A DNA stretch of 64,000 bases from contig CAIKWD010000021.1 in NCBI GenBank assembly GCA_903831095.1, forward strand, positions 1,518-65,517, given 5' to 3'. The position numbers and the translations under genes were made by a program. Below the pieces are notes generated by a model. It made no database searches, was not told the origin of the DNA, and saw only the letters and a list, made by a program, of their open reading frames with translations. Position 1 is the stretch's first letter. Each line of letters begins with the position of its first letter. Origin of the DNA: Candidatus Staskawiczbacteria bacterium (GTDB lineage: Bacteria; Patescibacteriota; Minisyncoccia; Minisyncoccales; Staskawiczbacteraceae). This document shows positions 19,597 through 28,928 of this stretch, piece after piece.

Positions 19597-20112
19597 ATGA
19601 AGAACGAAATTTTATGGTCCTTGTTGAGCAGGTGCCATACTCCGACTCAGGCAGACAAAGTGGAAGCTTTTCTTGAACAGGAAAGTGGATTTTCAGAATA
19701 TGGAGAAATGATCATATGTTGTATTTTTTTCCATACTCAAGTACAGAAAAGGGATTTTGCAAAGGCGTTTGAAGCTTGTAAATATTATTGGGAGCACTGC
19801 TGGCGCTTTCAACCGTTTGAAAAAAACTGTGTTGCAAGTAACATGGCGCTATCAAGTCTTTGTGAAAAAATAGGGATTTCAAACCCTCAGCATGAAGGCT
19901 TGAGAATACCAATTGAAGCATTTATTGCCGCAGAAATTTGTCATTTTGGCCCAGTGGATGGCAAATGCATTCGCGACATAAGTTGCGATACATATATATT
20001 GCAGTATGAAAAATGTAGGATAACATTTTACATGCCAGACTTATTTGTTCTGGTTACCCCGATAACTGATAAAGGTGAAGAAAAGAAAGTTGAAACAATA
20101 TTACTGAAATAA
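19597..20112 (+). CDS. Hypothetical Cys-rich protein (12 Cys in 171 aa)
   Basis: ORF with strong SD (aaaGGGGTGa), its own TTGACA promoter-like box at 19518-19523 and its own terminator. No family recognised. Confidence 0.45.
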   Translation: MKNEILWSLLSRCHTPTQADKVEAFLEQESGFSEYGEMIICCIFFHTQVQKRDFAKAFEACKYYWEHCWRFQPFEKNCVASNMALSSLCEKIGISNPQHEGLRIPIEAFIAAEICHFGPVDGKCIRDISCDTYILQYEKCRITFYMPDLFVLVTPITDKGEEKKVETILLK

Positions 20113-20120
20113 GGTCTAAT

Positions 20121-20144
20121 GCTCGGTTTACTCCGAGCTTTTTT
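20121..20144 (+). terminator. Rho-independent terminator
   Basis: GCTCGGtttactCCGAGCtttttt. Confidence 0.7.
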
Positions 20145-20145
20145 A

Positions 20146-20174
20146 TTGACTATTTTAGATATGAGATGTATACT
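20146..20174 (+). promoter_or_regulatory. Sigma70-like promoter for secDF
   Basis: TTGACT - 17 nt - TATACT. Confidence 0.55.
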
Positions 20175-20212
20175 AAAAAATACTTTTTAAAAGCAAAATT
20201 AAGAATCTATAT

Positions 20213-21640
20213 ATGCAACAAAAATATTATATTTTTATCGGTGTTTTAGTCTTGGCAATTTTGGCCGGGATTTTTTCATATCCTAATTATTATAACAAAG
20301 GGATTGATGTATTAAATCATAAATTATCTTGGACTCTTCCACACTTTGTAGAAAAGCTTTTTGTTTTGGGCTTGGATTTACAGGGTGGAGTTACATTGGT
20401 TTATCAAGCAGATTTGAGTCAGACCACAGACAAGTCGGTCGCCATGTCTGGGTTAAGAGATGTTATAGAAAGAAGGGTGAACATGTTTGGAGTTTCAGAG
20501 CCAGTTGTCCAAATACAGGGACAAGACAGGTTGTTAGTTGAGTTGCCAGGAGTCACAAATGTTAGCCAAGCAATTCAAATGATTGGCCAAACACCATATT
20601 TGGAATTTGATGAGCAAAGAACAGAAGCTGAAACAAAAACAATTACAGATAAAATAAAAGAAATTCAGGATGCGCTGAAAAAAGATCCAAAAGCAGATAT
20701 TACAAAAATAAAGGATTTTAATTTGGTTCAGGAAAATCCATATTTCAAGCCGACAGAGCTAACTGGAAAATATTTAACCAAAGCAGTGGTTATTTTTGAT
20801 CAAACAACATACAAGCCACAAATTCAATTGCAGTTTAATTCAGAAGGAGATAAAATTTTTGCAGATATAACAGGAAGAAATATAAAGAAGCCTTTGGCTA
20901 TATTTTTGGATGGAGCTTCTATTATAGATACAAATGGAGATGGTAAAATTGATGGTCAAGATATGTATGCTCCAATTGTTCAGGACAAAATTACAGGTGG
21001 AAGAGCAGTTATAACAGGAGATATGTCCAACGCAACAGCAACTTCATTGGCTTCAAGATTGAACTCGGGAGCTTTGCCAGTTAAGATTGGAAGCCCTATT
21101 TCCCAGGAGTCAGTTGGACCAACTTTAGGTGCAGTATCGCTTCAGAAGTCGCTTGTAGCAGCATTATACGGCCTTTTGGCAGTGGTTATTTTCATGGTGG
21201 TATTTTACCGCTTTCCAGGATTGCTGGCCAGCTTAGCCCTTGTGATATACGTGGCAATAGCCTTGTCTATATTTAAGTTAATTCCTGTAACAATGAGTTT
21301 GTCGGGAATTGGAGGTTTTATACTTTCCATTGGTATGGCAGTTGATGCAAATATCTTGATTTTTGCCAGAATGAAAGAGGAAATAAAACTAGGCAAAGGA
21401 TTGGGTCAGGCAATAGACGAAGGATTCAAAAGAGCATGGCCTTCAATTCGTGATAGTAACTTCAACTCATTGATTGTTTGCGCAATATTGTTTACAGTGG
21501 CAACTTCATTTATCAAGGGGTTTGCTTTCACATTGGCAATTGGTATTATTGTAAGTTTGTTCTCGGCAATATTTATAACAAGAATATTCTTAATGGTTTT
21601 TGTCGGTAAATGGGCCGAGAAAGCTAAATGGCTTCTTTAA
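20213..21640 (+). CDS. secD: Protein translocase subunit SecD
   Basis: LGLDLQGG, periplasmic domain and C-terminal 6-TM block with GIGGFILSIGMAVDANILIFARMKEE. Confidence 0.9.
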   Translation: MQQKYYIFIGVLVLAILAGIFSYPNYYNKGIDVLNHKLSWTLPHFVEKLFVLGLDLQGGVTLVYQADLSQTTDKSVAMSGLRDVIERRVNMFGVSEPVVQIQGQDRLLVELPGVTNVSQAIQMIGQTPYLEFDEQRTEAETKTITDKIKEIQDALKKDPKADITKIKDFNLVQENPYFKPTELTGKYLTKAVVIFDQTTYKPQIQLQFNSEGDKIFADITGRNIKKPLAIFLDGASIIDTNGDGKIDGQDMYAPIVQDKITGGRAVITGDMSNATATSLASRLNSGALPVKIGSPISQESVGPTLGAVSLQKSLVAALYGLLAVVIFMVVFYRFPGLLASLALVIYVAIALSIFKLIPVTMSLSGIGGFILSIGMAVDANILIFARMKEEIKLGKGLGQAIDEGFKRAWPSIRDSNFNSLIVCAILFTVATSFIKGFAFTLAIGIIVSLFSAIFITRIFLMVFVGKWAEKAKWLL

Positions 21641-22560
21641 TCCATACTACTATGCAATTTAATTTTACAAAGTATTCAAAAGTATATTATATAATCTCGG
21701 GAATTCTGATAATTGCCTCGATTGTTTCTTTGTCCATGTTTGGATTGAAGTTTGGAATTGAGTTTGTTGGAGGAAGTAGTATGCAAATTGATTTTACAAA
21801 TGCCAGACCATCTAACGAGGCAGTTAAGACGGCTTTAAAGACATTTAATTTGGGAGACATTGTAATACAACCAACAGGATCAAATGGAGAAATTTTACAA
21901 TTTAAGGGAGTTGACGAAGCAATGCATCAGCAAATTTTAGCTGAACTGGTAAAGTTGTCTCCAGCTACTGAAAAGAGCTTTCAATATATTGGGCCTTCAA
22001 TTGGAAACGAATTGAGAAATAAGACAGAATTGGCTATTTTCTTGGCATTGTTGGCAATTACTTTATATATTGCCTTTGCTTTCAGAAAAGTTTCAAAGCC
22101 AGTTAATTCATGGAAATACGGAATTGCTTCATTAATAGCATTATTTCACGACGTAATAATTCCGATTGGTGTGTTTTCAATATTAGGACATCTTTTCAAT
22201 GTTGAAGTTACAATACCAATTATTGCAGCTTTGCTAACAATTCTTGGTTTTTCAGTTCACGACACAATTGTTATTTTTGACAGAATCAGAGAAAACATTT
22301 TGAGAAGGGGAATGGGTCAGTTTGAAGATACAGTAAATTGGTCTTTAACTCAGACTTTAGGAAGGTCAATTAGCACTGTTGCAACAGTGGAATTTGTCTT
22401 GTTTGCTCTTTATTTCTTTGGTGGAGAGACTTTGAAATATTTTGCTTTGACCTTGATTATTGGTATTACATCGGGAGCATATTCTTCAATATTTATTGCC
22501 AGCCCATTGCTGGTTTCGTGGTATAAACATAGCCTTAAAAAGGAGCTAAAAGGCAAGTAA
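21628..22560 (+). CDS. secF: Protein translocase subunit SecF
   Basis: GIEFVGG, LFHDVIIPIGVFS and GFSVHDTIVIFDRIREN; overlaps the secD stop. Confidence 0.9.
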   Translation: MASLIHTTMQFNFTKYSKVYYIISGILIIASIVSLSMFGLKFGIEFVGGSSMQIDFTNARPSNEAVKTALKTFNLGDIVIQPTGSNGEILQFKGVDEAMHQQILAELVKLSPATEKSFQYIGPSIGNELRNKTELAIFLALLAITLYIAFAFRKVSKPVNSWKYGIASLIALFHDVIIPIGVFSILGHLFNVEVTIPIIAALLTILGFSVHDTIVIFDRIRENILRRGMGQFEDTVNWSLTQTLGRSISTVATVEFVLFALYFFGGETLKYFALTLIIGITSGAYSSIFIASPLLVSWYKHSLKKELKGK

Positions 22561-22655
22561 AACACTGTACAAGCAACTTACCCTTGACATATAAAAATTA
22601 ATATGGTAAGCTTAATTAATACGGTGGGTGACCACCTAGTTTATATTCAAATAAG

Positions 22656-23684
22656 ATGAAAAAAGTTAATTATTCGCAAATTTATCAGAAGTTCACCAAA
22701 GGCCTTAGTCCAAAAACTAAGGACATTTTTGATAGGAGATTTGGAGTTAAAACTGGAGAGCCAGAAACTTTAGAATCAATTGGAAAAACTTTGGGAATAA
22801 CCAGGGAAAGAGTGCGCCAGATTGAAGAGGCGGGTTTTAGCTTTGTTAGAAAAAACAACCAGGCAGCTTTGGATGCTATTTATGCAGACTTTGCAGAATA
22901 CTTTAAAAAGCAGGGAGGATTTAAAAAAGAGGAAAATGTTTTGGAAGAATTAGGAGGCAAGAATCAAAGACCTTTTGTTTTGTTTTTGCTGACTATTGGA
23001 GAACAATTTTCAAAGGTTTGTGAGAAAAAAGATTATCATTATTTTTGGGCAAATATACCAAGTGCACAGGACAAAGTAAAAGAAACTTTGGGAGCATTGG
23101 TTGCGCAAATGCAGAAAATTGGAAAACCAATTCCAAAGAAAGAATTTTATGCACAAGTTGCTTCAAAGATGAATATTTCAGAACCTGCAACATTGTCATA
23201 TTTGGAAATTTCAAAAAACATACAGCCAAACAAGGAAGGAGCTTTAGGATTAATTCAGTGGCCTGAGATAAAGCCAAGAGGAGTCAAAGACAAGGCATTT
23301 TTGGTATTTAAAAAGCACGGAAAACCATTGCATTTTACAGAAGTTGCAAAATTGATAGATAGATTTGACTACAACATGCCAAACAAGAAAACCTATCCTC
23401 AAACAGTTCATAATGAACTTATAAAAGATGGAAGATTTGTATTGGTAGGAAGGGGAACTTACGCTTTGGCAGAATGGGGATATGTTCCAGGAACAATTAA
23501 AGATATAATTACAAATGTGTTGAAGGGGCAAAACGATCCAATGCATAAAGACGAAGTTGTAAAACAGGTTTTAGCTCAGAGATTGGTTGCAAAGAATACA
23601 GTCTTAATGAACTTGAATAATAAGAAACATTTTGATAAGGATTTAAGTGACAAATATTTCTTGAGAAAGACACAATCAGCATAA
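22656..23684 (+). CDS. DNA-binding protein with sigma-70 region-4-like HTH and C-terminal HARE-HTH-like domain
   Basis: TLESIGKTLGITRERVRQIEEAGF resembles region 4.2. HFTEVAKLI...TVHNELIKDGRFVLVGRGTYALAEWG resembles the HARE-HTH / RNAP delta N-terminal domain. Confidence 0.5.
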   Translation: MKKVNYSQIYQKFTKGLSPKTKDIFDRRFGVKTGEPETLESIGKTLGITRERVRQIEEAGFSFVRKNNQAALDAIYADFAEYFKKQGGFKKEENVLEELGGKNQRPFVLFLLTIGEQFSKVCEKKDYHYFWANIPSAQDKVKETLGALVAQMQKIGKPIPKKEFYAQVASKMNISEPATLSYLEISKNIQPNKEGALGLIQWPEIKPRGVKDKAFLVFKKHGKPLHFTEVAKLIDRFDYNMPNKKTYPQTVHNELIKDGRFVLVGRGTYALAEWGYVPGTIKDIITNVLKGQNDPMHKDEVVKQVLAQRLVAKNTVLMNLNNKKHFDKDLSDKYFLRKTQSA

Positions 23685-23690
23685 TTTTAG

Positions 23691-23716
23691 AAAAAGCGCC
23701 GAAAGGCGCTTTTTTG
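23691..23716 (+). terminator. Rho-independent terminator (A-run/T-run, potentially bidirectional)
   Basis: aaaaAGCGCCgaaaGGCGCTtttttg. Confidence 0.7.
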
Positions 23717-23732
23717 TTGTGTAAAAAATAAT

Positions 23733-23758
23733 AAAAAAGCGGTTAGATAACTAACCGC
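23733..23758 (-). terminator. Rho-independent terminator of pyrC (minus strand)
   Basis: Minus strand reads GCGGTTAGttatCTAACCGCtttttt, 22 nt after the pyrC stop. Confidence 0.7.
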
Positions 23759-23780
23759 AAATAATTGAATAAGAATATAT

Positions 23781-24812
23781 TTATTCTTCGACTTGCCAGT
23801 GCAAAGTCTGGCCAGCCATAAACGGAATAATTTTACTTTCTCCGCAAGGGTAGCTATTTGGAACAGTCCAATCTTTTTTGACAAGATTGATTATTCCAGA
23901 ATTTTGGCTTAACCCATAAAATTCAGCTCCAAATTTTGAAGTAAAATTTTCAAGCCGGTCAAGTTTTCCAGCTTCTTCAAAAATTTGAGCAAGTAATTGC
24001 AGGGCAATTGGGGCGTTGAATACGCCAGCGCATCCTTCTGAACATTCTTTATTTTCCTCGAGATGGGGAGCGCTGTCTCCTCCATAGAAAAATCTAAAAT
24101 GTCCACTTGTAGCTGCTTCAATTAAAGCAGCTCTATCTGTTGGCCGTTTTGCAATTGGCATACAGAAGTTATGGGGATGGAGTTTTCCGTCGCTGACGTC
24201 GTTAAGCGTAAGTATTAGATGATGCACTGTTATTGTGGCAGCAACATTACTGCCCAAGCGTCTAATGCACTCAACTGCTGCACTTGTAGTTATGTGTTCT
24301 AATACTATTTTGAGGTTGCAAAGCCTTTTGTTTAAATCAATCAGCTCCTTTAAAAATATTTCTTCCCTGTCTAGGCAGAAAACATTTTCTCCGGGCATTT
24401 CCCCATGCAAAAGCAAAAGTATATCTTGTTCTTGCATTGCTTCGAAAACTGGGTAAAGAGATTTTAAATCTATTACTCCATTTTCTGAATTAGTTGTGAC
24501 GCCTTTTGGATAGACTTTACCTGCAACAACTCCGGCTTTTTTTGCTTCGGCAATCATAGCTGGCGTAGTTTTATCATTGATTTGAATGGTCATCAATGGT
24601 TCAAAATTATCATGGCAGGCAATTTTTATAGCATTTCTGTAGGCAGATGCTATATCTGCTGTTAGTACAGCTTTGGGGGTTGTGTTTGGCATTATTATGG
24701 CCCGCCCCCAATATTTGGAGGTAAAGTCAACAACTGATTTTAAAACTACTCCTGTGCGTAGGTGGCAGTGCATGTCATCTCCCTTTATCATTTCAAACGC
24801 CTTTACCTTCAT
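23781..24812 (-). CDS. pyrC: Dihydroorotase, E. coli-type (homodimeric class)
   Basis: DDMHCHLR (HxH), GRAIIMPNTTP, AGKVYPKGVTTNS (carboxylated-Lys position), LLLHGE, LEHITT, GGDSAPH. About 343 aa, like E. coli PyrC. Strong SD (aaaGGAGAcgg). Confidence 0.8.
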   Translation of the reverse strand: MKVKAFEMIKGDDMHCHLRTGVVLKSVVDFTSKYWGRAIIMPNTTPKAVLTADIASAYRNAIKIACHDNFEPLMTIQINDKTTPAMIAEAKKAGVVAGKVYPKGVTTNSENGVIDLKSLYPVFEAMQEQDILLLLHGEMPGENVFCLDREEIFLKELIDLNKRLCNLKIVLEHITTSAAVECIRRLGSNVAATITVHHLILTLNDVSDGKLHPHNFCMPIAKRPTDRAALIEAATSGHFRFFYGGDSAPHLEENKECSEGCAGVFNAPIALQLLAQIFEEAGKLDRLENFTSKFGAEFYGLSQNSGIINLVKKDWTVPNSYPCGESKIIPFMAGQTLHWQVEE

Positions 24813-24905
24813 TTTCCGTCTCCTTTTCTAATTATGGTTTTTTATCAAATCAAGGTTCTAGATATTTGTTATCATAATTAGCGCAATTAGTAAATGATTC
24901 ACTTA

Positions 24906-24934
24906 TTGATTATGTATTTTGGTAGATGTATAAT
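24906..24934 (+). promoter_or_regulatory. Sigma70-like promoter for the membrane-protein/ATPase operon
   Basis: TTGATT - 17 nt - TATAAT, 25 nt upstream of the ATG at 24960. Confidence 0.6.
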
Positions 24935-24959
24935 ATATTAATAATTAGGCAAAATAATA

Positions 24960-25184
24960 ATGGATATTTTTACAACTGGAATAATAGTTTTGCTTGCTTC
25001 GACAATAGTTGTATATATTGTTCTTTTTTCGTTTATATATTATTGGCATTTAACTAAAATAACATTCGTAGTTGTTCCGGTATTTTTTACTTTTGAATTT
25101 TTTTTATTAGGATTTTTTACAGTTGCTGTAATTTCTATTATTCTTAATTATCTGCCTATTTTAGTCAGATCTGCAGGCATATGA
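24960..25184 (+). CDS. Small integral membrane protein (2-3 TM), first gene of the ATPase operon
   Basis: 74 aa, almost entirely hydrophobic; ATGA-type overlap with the next gene. Confidence 0.5.
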   Translation: MDIFTTGIIVLLASTIVVYIVLFSFIYYWHLTKITFVVVPVFFTFEFFLLGFFTVAVISIILNYLPILVRSAGI

Positions 25185-26578
25185 TGAAACTTCCAAAATA
25201 TTTGTTTTGGTTGGAAACAGTCAAAAAAATTGTCTGGGATCCTTTTTGGTGGGTGATTTTCTTTTTAATTATTTTATGGATTCCATTTTTAAGAGTTTGG
25301 TGGTGGATATTTTTGCCATGGATGTTGCAGGCTCAATTAAAAACAATTTATAAGTGGTATATTAACTGGGATTTTGATTATGCCAAGGGAAAGTGGGTGG
25401 TGCTTGAAATAACTCCTCCACGTGAGCTTTTGGTTCCTATAAAGGCTATGGAAGACGTTTATTCAGTTTTATGGCCAATCATGGATGTGGCTAACTTTAG
25501 GGAACAGTGGTGTGACGGAGAACTAAACAACGGGCCCTATTGGTTTTCCTGGGAAATAGCCAGTATTGAAGGCAAGGTACATTTTTATATAAGATTTATG
25601 CAACAGCACGTGTCCAGCGCTGAAATGGCTCTTTATGCGCATTATCCAGATATTGAAATTAGGGAAGTTACAGATTATGTAAAATTGGTTCCGCAAACTA
25701 TTCCAAATGAAGATTGGGACATGTATGGAGAAGATTGGGATTATTATAATGACGATTGCTTCCCAATCAAAACATATGAGAAATTCTTTGAGCCTCAGGG
25801 AGAAAGAATTTCTGCCGAAGAAAAAAGAATTGACCCAATGATTGGATTGCTTGAAGGTTTGTCAAGACTTGGGCCCGGAGAACATTATTGGGTGCAGTTT
25901 ATTACTGATCCAATAGTGGAGTATGATGAACCAAATGTTTTTAAAGAGGCAAAAAAAGTAATCAATAAAATAGCAGGGCGTGTAGAAAAGAAAGAGCCGA
26001 CATTAATGGAAGATTTAAAAAAAGTGGCCAAAGAGCTTGCCATGGGTCCGGAAAAAGAAGGGTCTGGAGATTCGGCATCATTTTATTGGGAGGAAGACGA
26101 GGAGACGGGTGAGAAACAAATATCACTTACTCCGGGCGAAAGAGAAATTATTACGGAAGTGGAAAATAAAATGAAAAAGCCTTTGTACAGGACTACAATA
26201 AGGGCTGTTTATGTTGCTAAAAGAGATGCATGGAAAGCGCCTCATAGAACTTTGTTCAGGTCTTATACATCGCATTTTATTACTAATAATTTAAATTCTC
26301 TTAATTTTAAGGCTGAGACTAGGCCGAGGATCCACTTTTTTTGGAGAAAGAGAAGAGTATTTTTAAGAGCCAGGAAAATGTTTAGGAATGCTGTTATGCG
26401 TTTTCCTCCTTTGTTTCCAGAAAGAATGGCAGAAGATTTGCAACCAATAATGAGCACAGAAGAATTGGCAACATTGTATCACTTCCCAATAAGGGTTTCT
26501 GGAATGGTATCTCCAACCATGGGAAGCGTGGAATCAAAGAAAGCCGGACCGCCTGCCAATTTGCCGATTGGCGAGTAA
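25181..26578 (+). CDS. Membrane-anchored protein (N-terminal Trp-rich TM pair plus about 380-aa soluble domain), putative partner of the ATPase
   Basis: WWVIFFLIILWIPFLRVWWWIFLPW TM hairpin, then a soluble domain (WFSWEIASIEGKVHFYIRF...). No named family recognised; translationally coupled neighbours. Confidence 0.5.
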   Translation: MMKLPKYLFWLETVKKIVWDPFWWVIFFLIILWIPFLRVWWWIFLPWMLQAQLKTIYKWYINWDFDYAKGKWVVLEITPPRELLVPIKAMEDVYSVLWPIMDVANFREQWCDGELNNGPYWFSWEIASIEGKVHFYIRFMQQHVSSAEMALYAHYPDIEIREVTDYVKLVPQTIPNEDWDMYGEDWDYYNDDCFPIKTYEKFFEPQGERISAEEKRIDPMIGLLEGLSRLGPGEHYWVQFITDPIVEYDEPNVFKEAKKVINKIAGRVEKKEPTLMEDLKKVAKELAMGPEKEGSGDSASFYWEEDEETGEKQISLTPGEREIITEVENKMKKPLYRTTIRAVYVAKRDAWKAPHRTLFRSYTSHFITNNLNSLNFKAETRPRIHFFWRKRRVFLRARKMFRNAVMRFPPLFPERMAEDLQPIMSTEELATLYHFPIRVSGMVSPTMGSVESKKAGPPANLPIGE

Positions 26579-26604
26579 TGATTTTAATATAATTATATTT
26601 ACCT

Positions 26605-28908
26605 ATGCCAAAAGACATAACTTATATTGCTAAGACAAATTTTAGAAATGCCAAACAAGTATTTGGGATAAAAAGAGTTGACCGACGTCAGCACATGTAT
26701 GTGATTGGAAAAACCGGTGTTGGTAAAACTGCTTTTTTAAAGAACATGGCTTTGCAGGACATCAATAACGGGCAAGGACTTGCCATTATTGACCCTCACG
26801 GAGAGTTTGTAGAAGAAGTTTTAGACAATGTCCCGCCTCATAGAGTAAATGATGTTGTTTATTTCAATCCTGCAGATATGGAGTTTCCTGTCAGCTTTAA
26901 TATTATGGATGTGCAGGATCCAAAATACAAGCACTTAATTGCTTCGGGATTAATTGGTATTTTTACAAAAATTTGGGCAAATGTATGGTCTGCTAGAATG
27001 GAATATATTTTGGCTAATTGTATTTTAGCTTTGCTTGATACTCCTGGCACCACGCTTTTGGGTATACCAAGAATGTTGGTTGACAGAGATTACAGACAAA
27101 AAATTATCAACAACCTCAAAGACCCGGTTGTTAAATCTTTTTGGGTCAATGAATACGAAGAATGGGAATCCAGGTACAGAAATGAAGCTATAGCTCCGGT
27201 TCAAAATAAGGTTGGACAGTTTTTGAATGTTTCGTTTGTAAGAAATATTGTTGGTCAGGGAAAAAATACCATTGATATTGACGACATAATGAATAACCAG
27301 AAAATTTTACTGGTTAACGTTTCTAAGGGAAGAATTGGAGAAGATAACGCAGCTATTTTGGGAGCCATGATTATTACTAAAATACAGTTGGCTGCCATGG
27401 AACGTGTTAGAATTCCTGAAGACGAAAGAAAAGACTTTTACATGTATGTTGACGAGTTCCAAAACTTTGCCACTGATTCTTTTGTAAATATTTTGTCTGA
27501 AGCTAGGAAATACAGATTGGATTTGATTATTGCTCACCAGTATATTGGGCAGTTAGTGACTGACACAAGCACCGCTGTAAGAGATGCGGTTTTTGGAAAC
27601 GTGGGAACAATGATTTCTTTCCGCGTGGGCGCTGCTGATGCAGAATTTTTAGAGCAAGAATTTACTCCTGAATTTTTGCAAACTGATATTATTCGTTTGG
27701 ACAACTACAATATTTATTTAAAACTCATGATAGATGGAATTACTTCAAGGCCATTTTCTGCTACAACTATTGCTCCTGCTCCTACTATTAAGGATGACAA
27801 AAAACGACAGGAAATAATTAGAGTGTCTAGGGAAAGATATGCTCATACTGTAAAGTTTGTTGAAGATGAGATTAATCGCTGGGCCGGAAGCATTGATGTG
27901 CCTTCTAATAATGTTCAAAGTCCTTCTGATCTTTCCAACCCACAAAGCTTTTCCAAACCTTTGTACCAGCCAAGCAATAATAAATCTTCTGATTCAACAA
28001 AATTGTATGACGTTAAATGTTCAAATTGCGGGAAAGATACCAAAGTTATTTTTGAACCAATTGCGGGCAGACCTGTTTACTGCAAAAATTGCTTAAAAAA
28101 ACTAAAAGCAGGAGAAATTTCTCCTATTGCTTCAACTGCTGTAGCGCCATCTAGCAGGCCACAAGCACAAGTAAAATGGACAAATGGTGCTCCTGCACAG
28201 GCAGGTGCACCTGCACCAGCAGGACGGTCTGTAAATAATTCAGCGGGCAATTCAGCGTTGGGTGATTTGGGTATAGAATTTGGTCCTTCTCCAAGTTCTG
28301 CCAAACCAACTGGAAAAATAGGAAAGTTTGCTAAAATTTTTCAAAGCAAGCCTCAGATAAAACAACAAGAAGAACAAGATATTTTACCAGAGGCAGAACC
28401 AGCGAAGATAGAAAATATTTCTTTTCACAATCCAAAAAATAGACCTCAGGAGCAAAGGCAGGAAAAGCCAAAGAGAAAAGAAATTAATTTGGCAGACTTG
28501 CGTAAAACATTAGAAGCATCCCTCGGCCATAGCCCCTTAGGGCGTAGCCCAACGGGCGAGCCTACGGGCGAGGCACTTTTAAAAAAAGAAGAGCCAGAAG
28601 AAGATGAAGGCATAGAAGAAGTAGTTAACAAGCCAACAGAGCAAGTTCATAAGCCCGAAGAATATCCTGCTGTAATTGAAAAAATATCTGTTCCTGCTAC
28701 TATTCCTGTAGAACCGCCTGTTGTTGTTAAATCTCCAGAACAAGAACTAAGAGAAAGAATAGAACAGGAAAGAGAAGAAGATAAATTTGATATGGAAGGC
28801 AAACCAGTTTTACCTCAGAAAAATGAACCCGCCTCCGTCAAAAACTCCGGCGTGGCTAAGGAAGATATAAAAAAACCAATAAAGCCTGGGGAAACAGTTA
28901 AATTCTAA
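26605..28908 (+). CDS. FtsK/HerA/VirD4-superfamily P-loop ATPase (T4SS coupling-protein-like), with disordered C-terminal tail carrying a CxxC-x17-CxxC zinc ribbon
   Basis: Walker A VIGKTGVGKT; IIDPHGE; Walker B FYMYVDEFQNF; LIIAHQY. No TM segment. Tail from about aa 430 is P/E/K/Q-rich and contains CSNCGKDTKVIFEPIAGRPVYCKNC. Confidence 0.7.
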   Translation: MPKDITYIAKTNFRNAKQVFGIKRVDRRQHMYVIGKTGVGKTAFLKNMALQDINNGQGLAIIDPHGEFVEEVLDNVPPHRVNDVVYFNPADMEFPVSFNIMDVQDPKYKHLIASGLIGIFTKIWANVWSARMEYILANCILALLDTPGTTLLGIPRMLVDRDYRQKIINNLKDPVVKSFWVNEYEEWESRYRNEAIAPVQNKVGQFLNVSFVRNIVGQGKNTIDIDDIMNNQKILLVNVSKGRIGEDNAAILGAMIITKIQLAAMERVRIPEDERKDFYMYVDEFQNFATDSFVNILSEARKYRLDLIIAHQYIGQLVTDTSTAVRDAVFGNVGTMISFRVGAADAEFLEQEFTPEFLQTDIIRLDNYNIYLKLMIDGITSRPFSATTIAPAPTIKDDKKRQEIIRVSRERYAHTVKFVEDEINRWAGSIDVPSNNVQSPSDLSNPQSFSKPLYQPSNNKSSDSTKLYDVKCSNCGKDTKVIFEPIAGRPVYCKNCLKKLKAGEISPIASTAVAPSSRPQAQVKWTNGAPAQAGAPAPAGRSVNNSAGNSALGDLGIEFGPSPSSAKPTGKIGKFAKIFQSKPQIKQQEEQDILPEAEPAKIENISFHNPKNRPQEQRQEKPKRKEINLADLRKTLEASLGHSPLGRSPTGEPTGEALLKKEEPEEDEGIEEVVNKPTEQVHKPEEYPAVIEKISVPATIPVEPPVVVKSPEQELRERIEQEREEDKFDMEGKPVLPQKNEPASVKNSGVAKEDIKKPIKPGETVKF

Positions 28909-28928
28909 TTTATAATAAGTATTTTAAA

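Noticed and set aside
20329-20541. 70-aa plus-strand ORF inside secD
   Set aside because: It is an alternative frame of a confidently identified secD and has no independent support.
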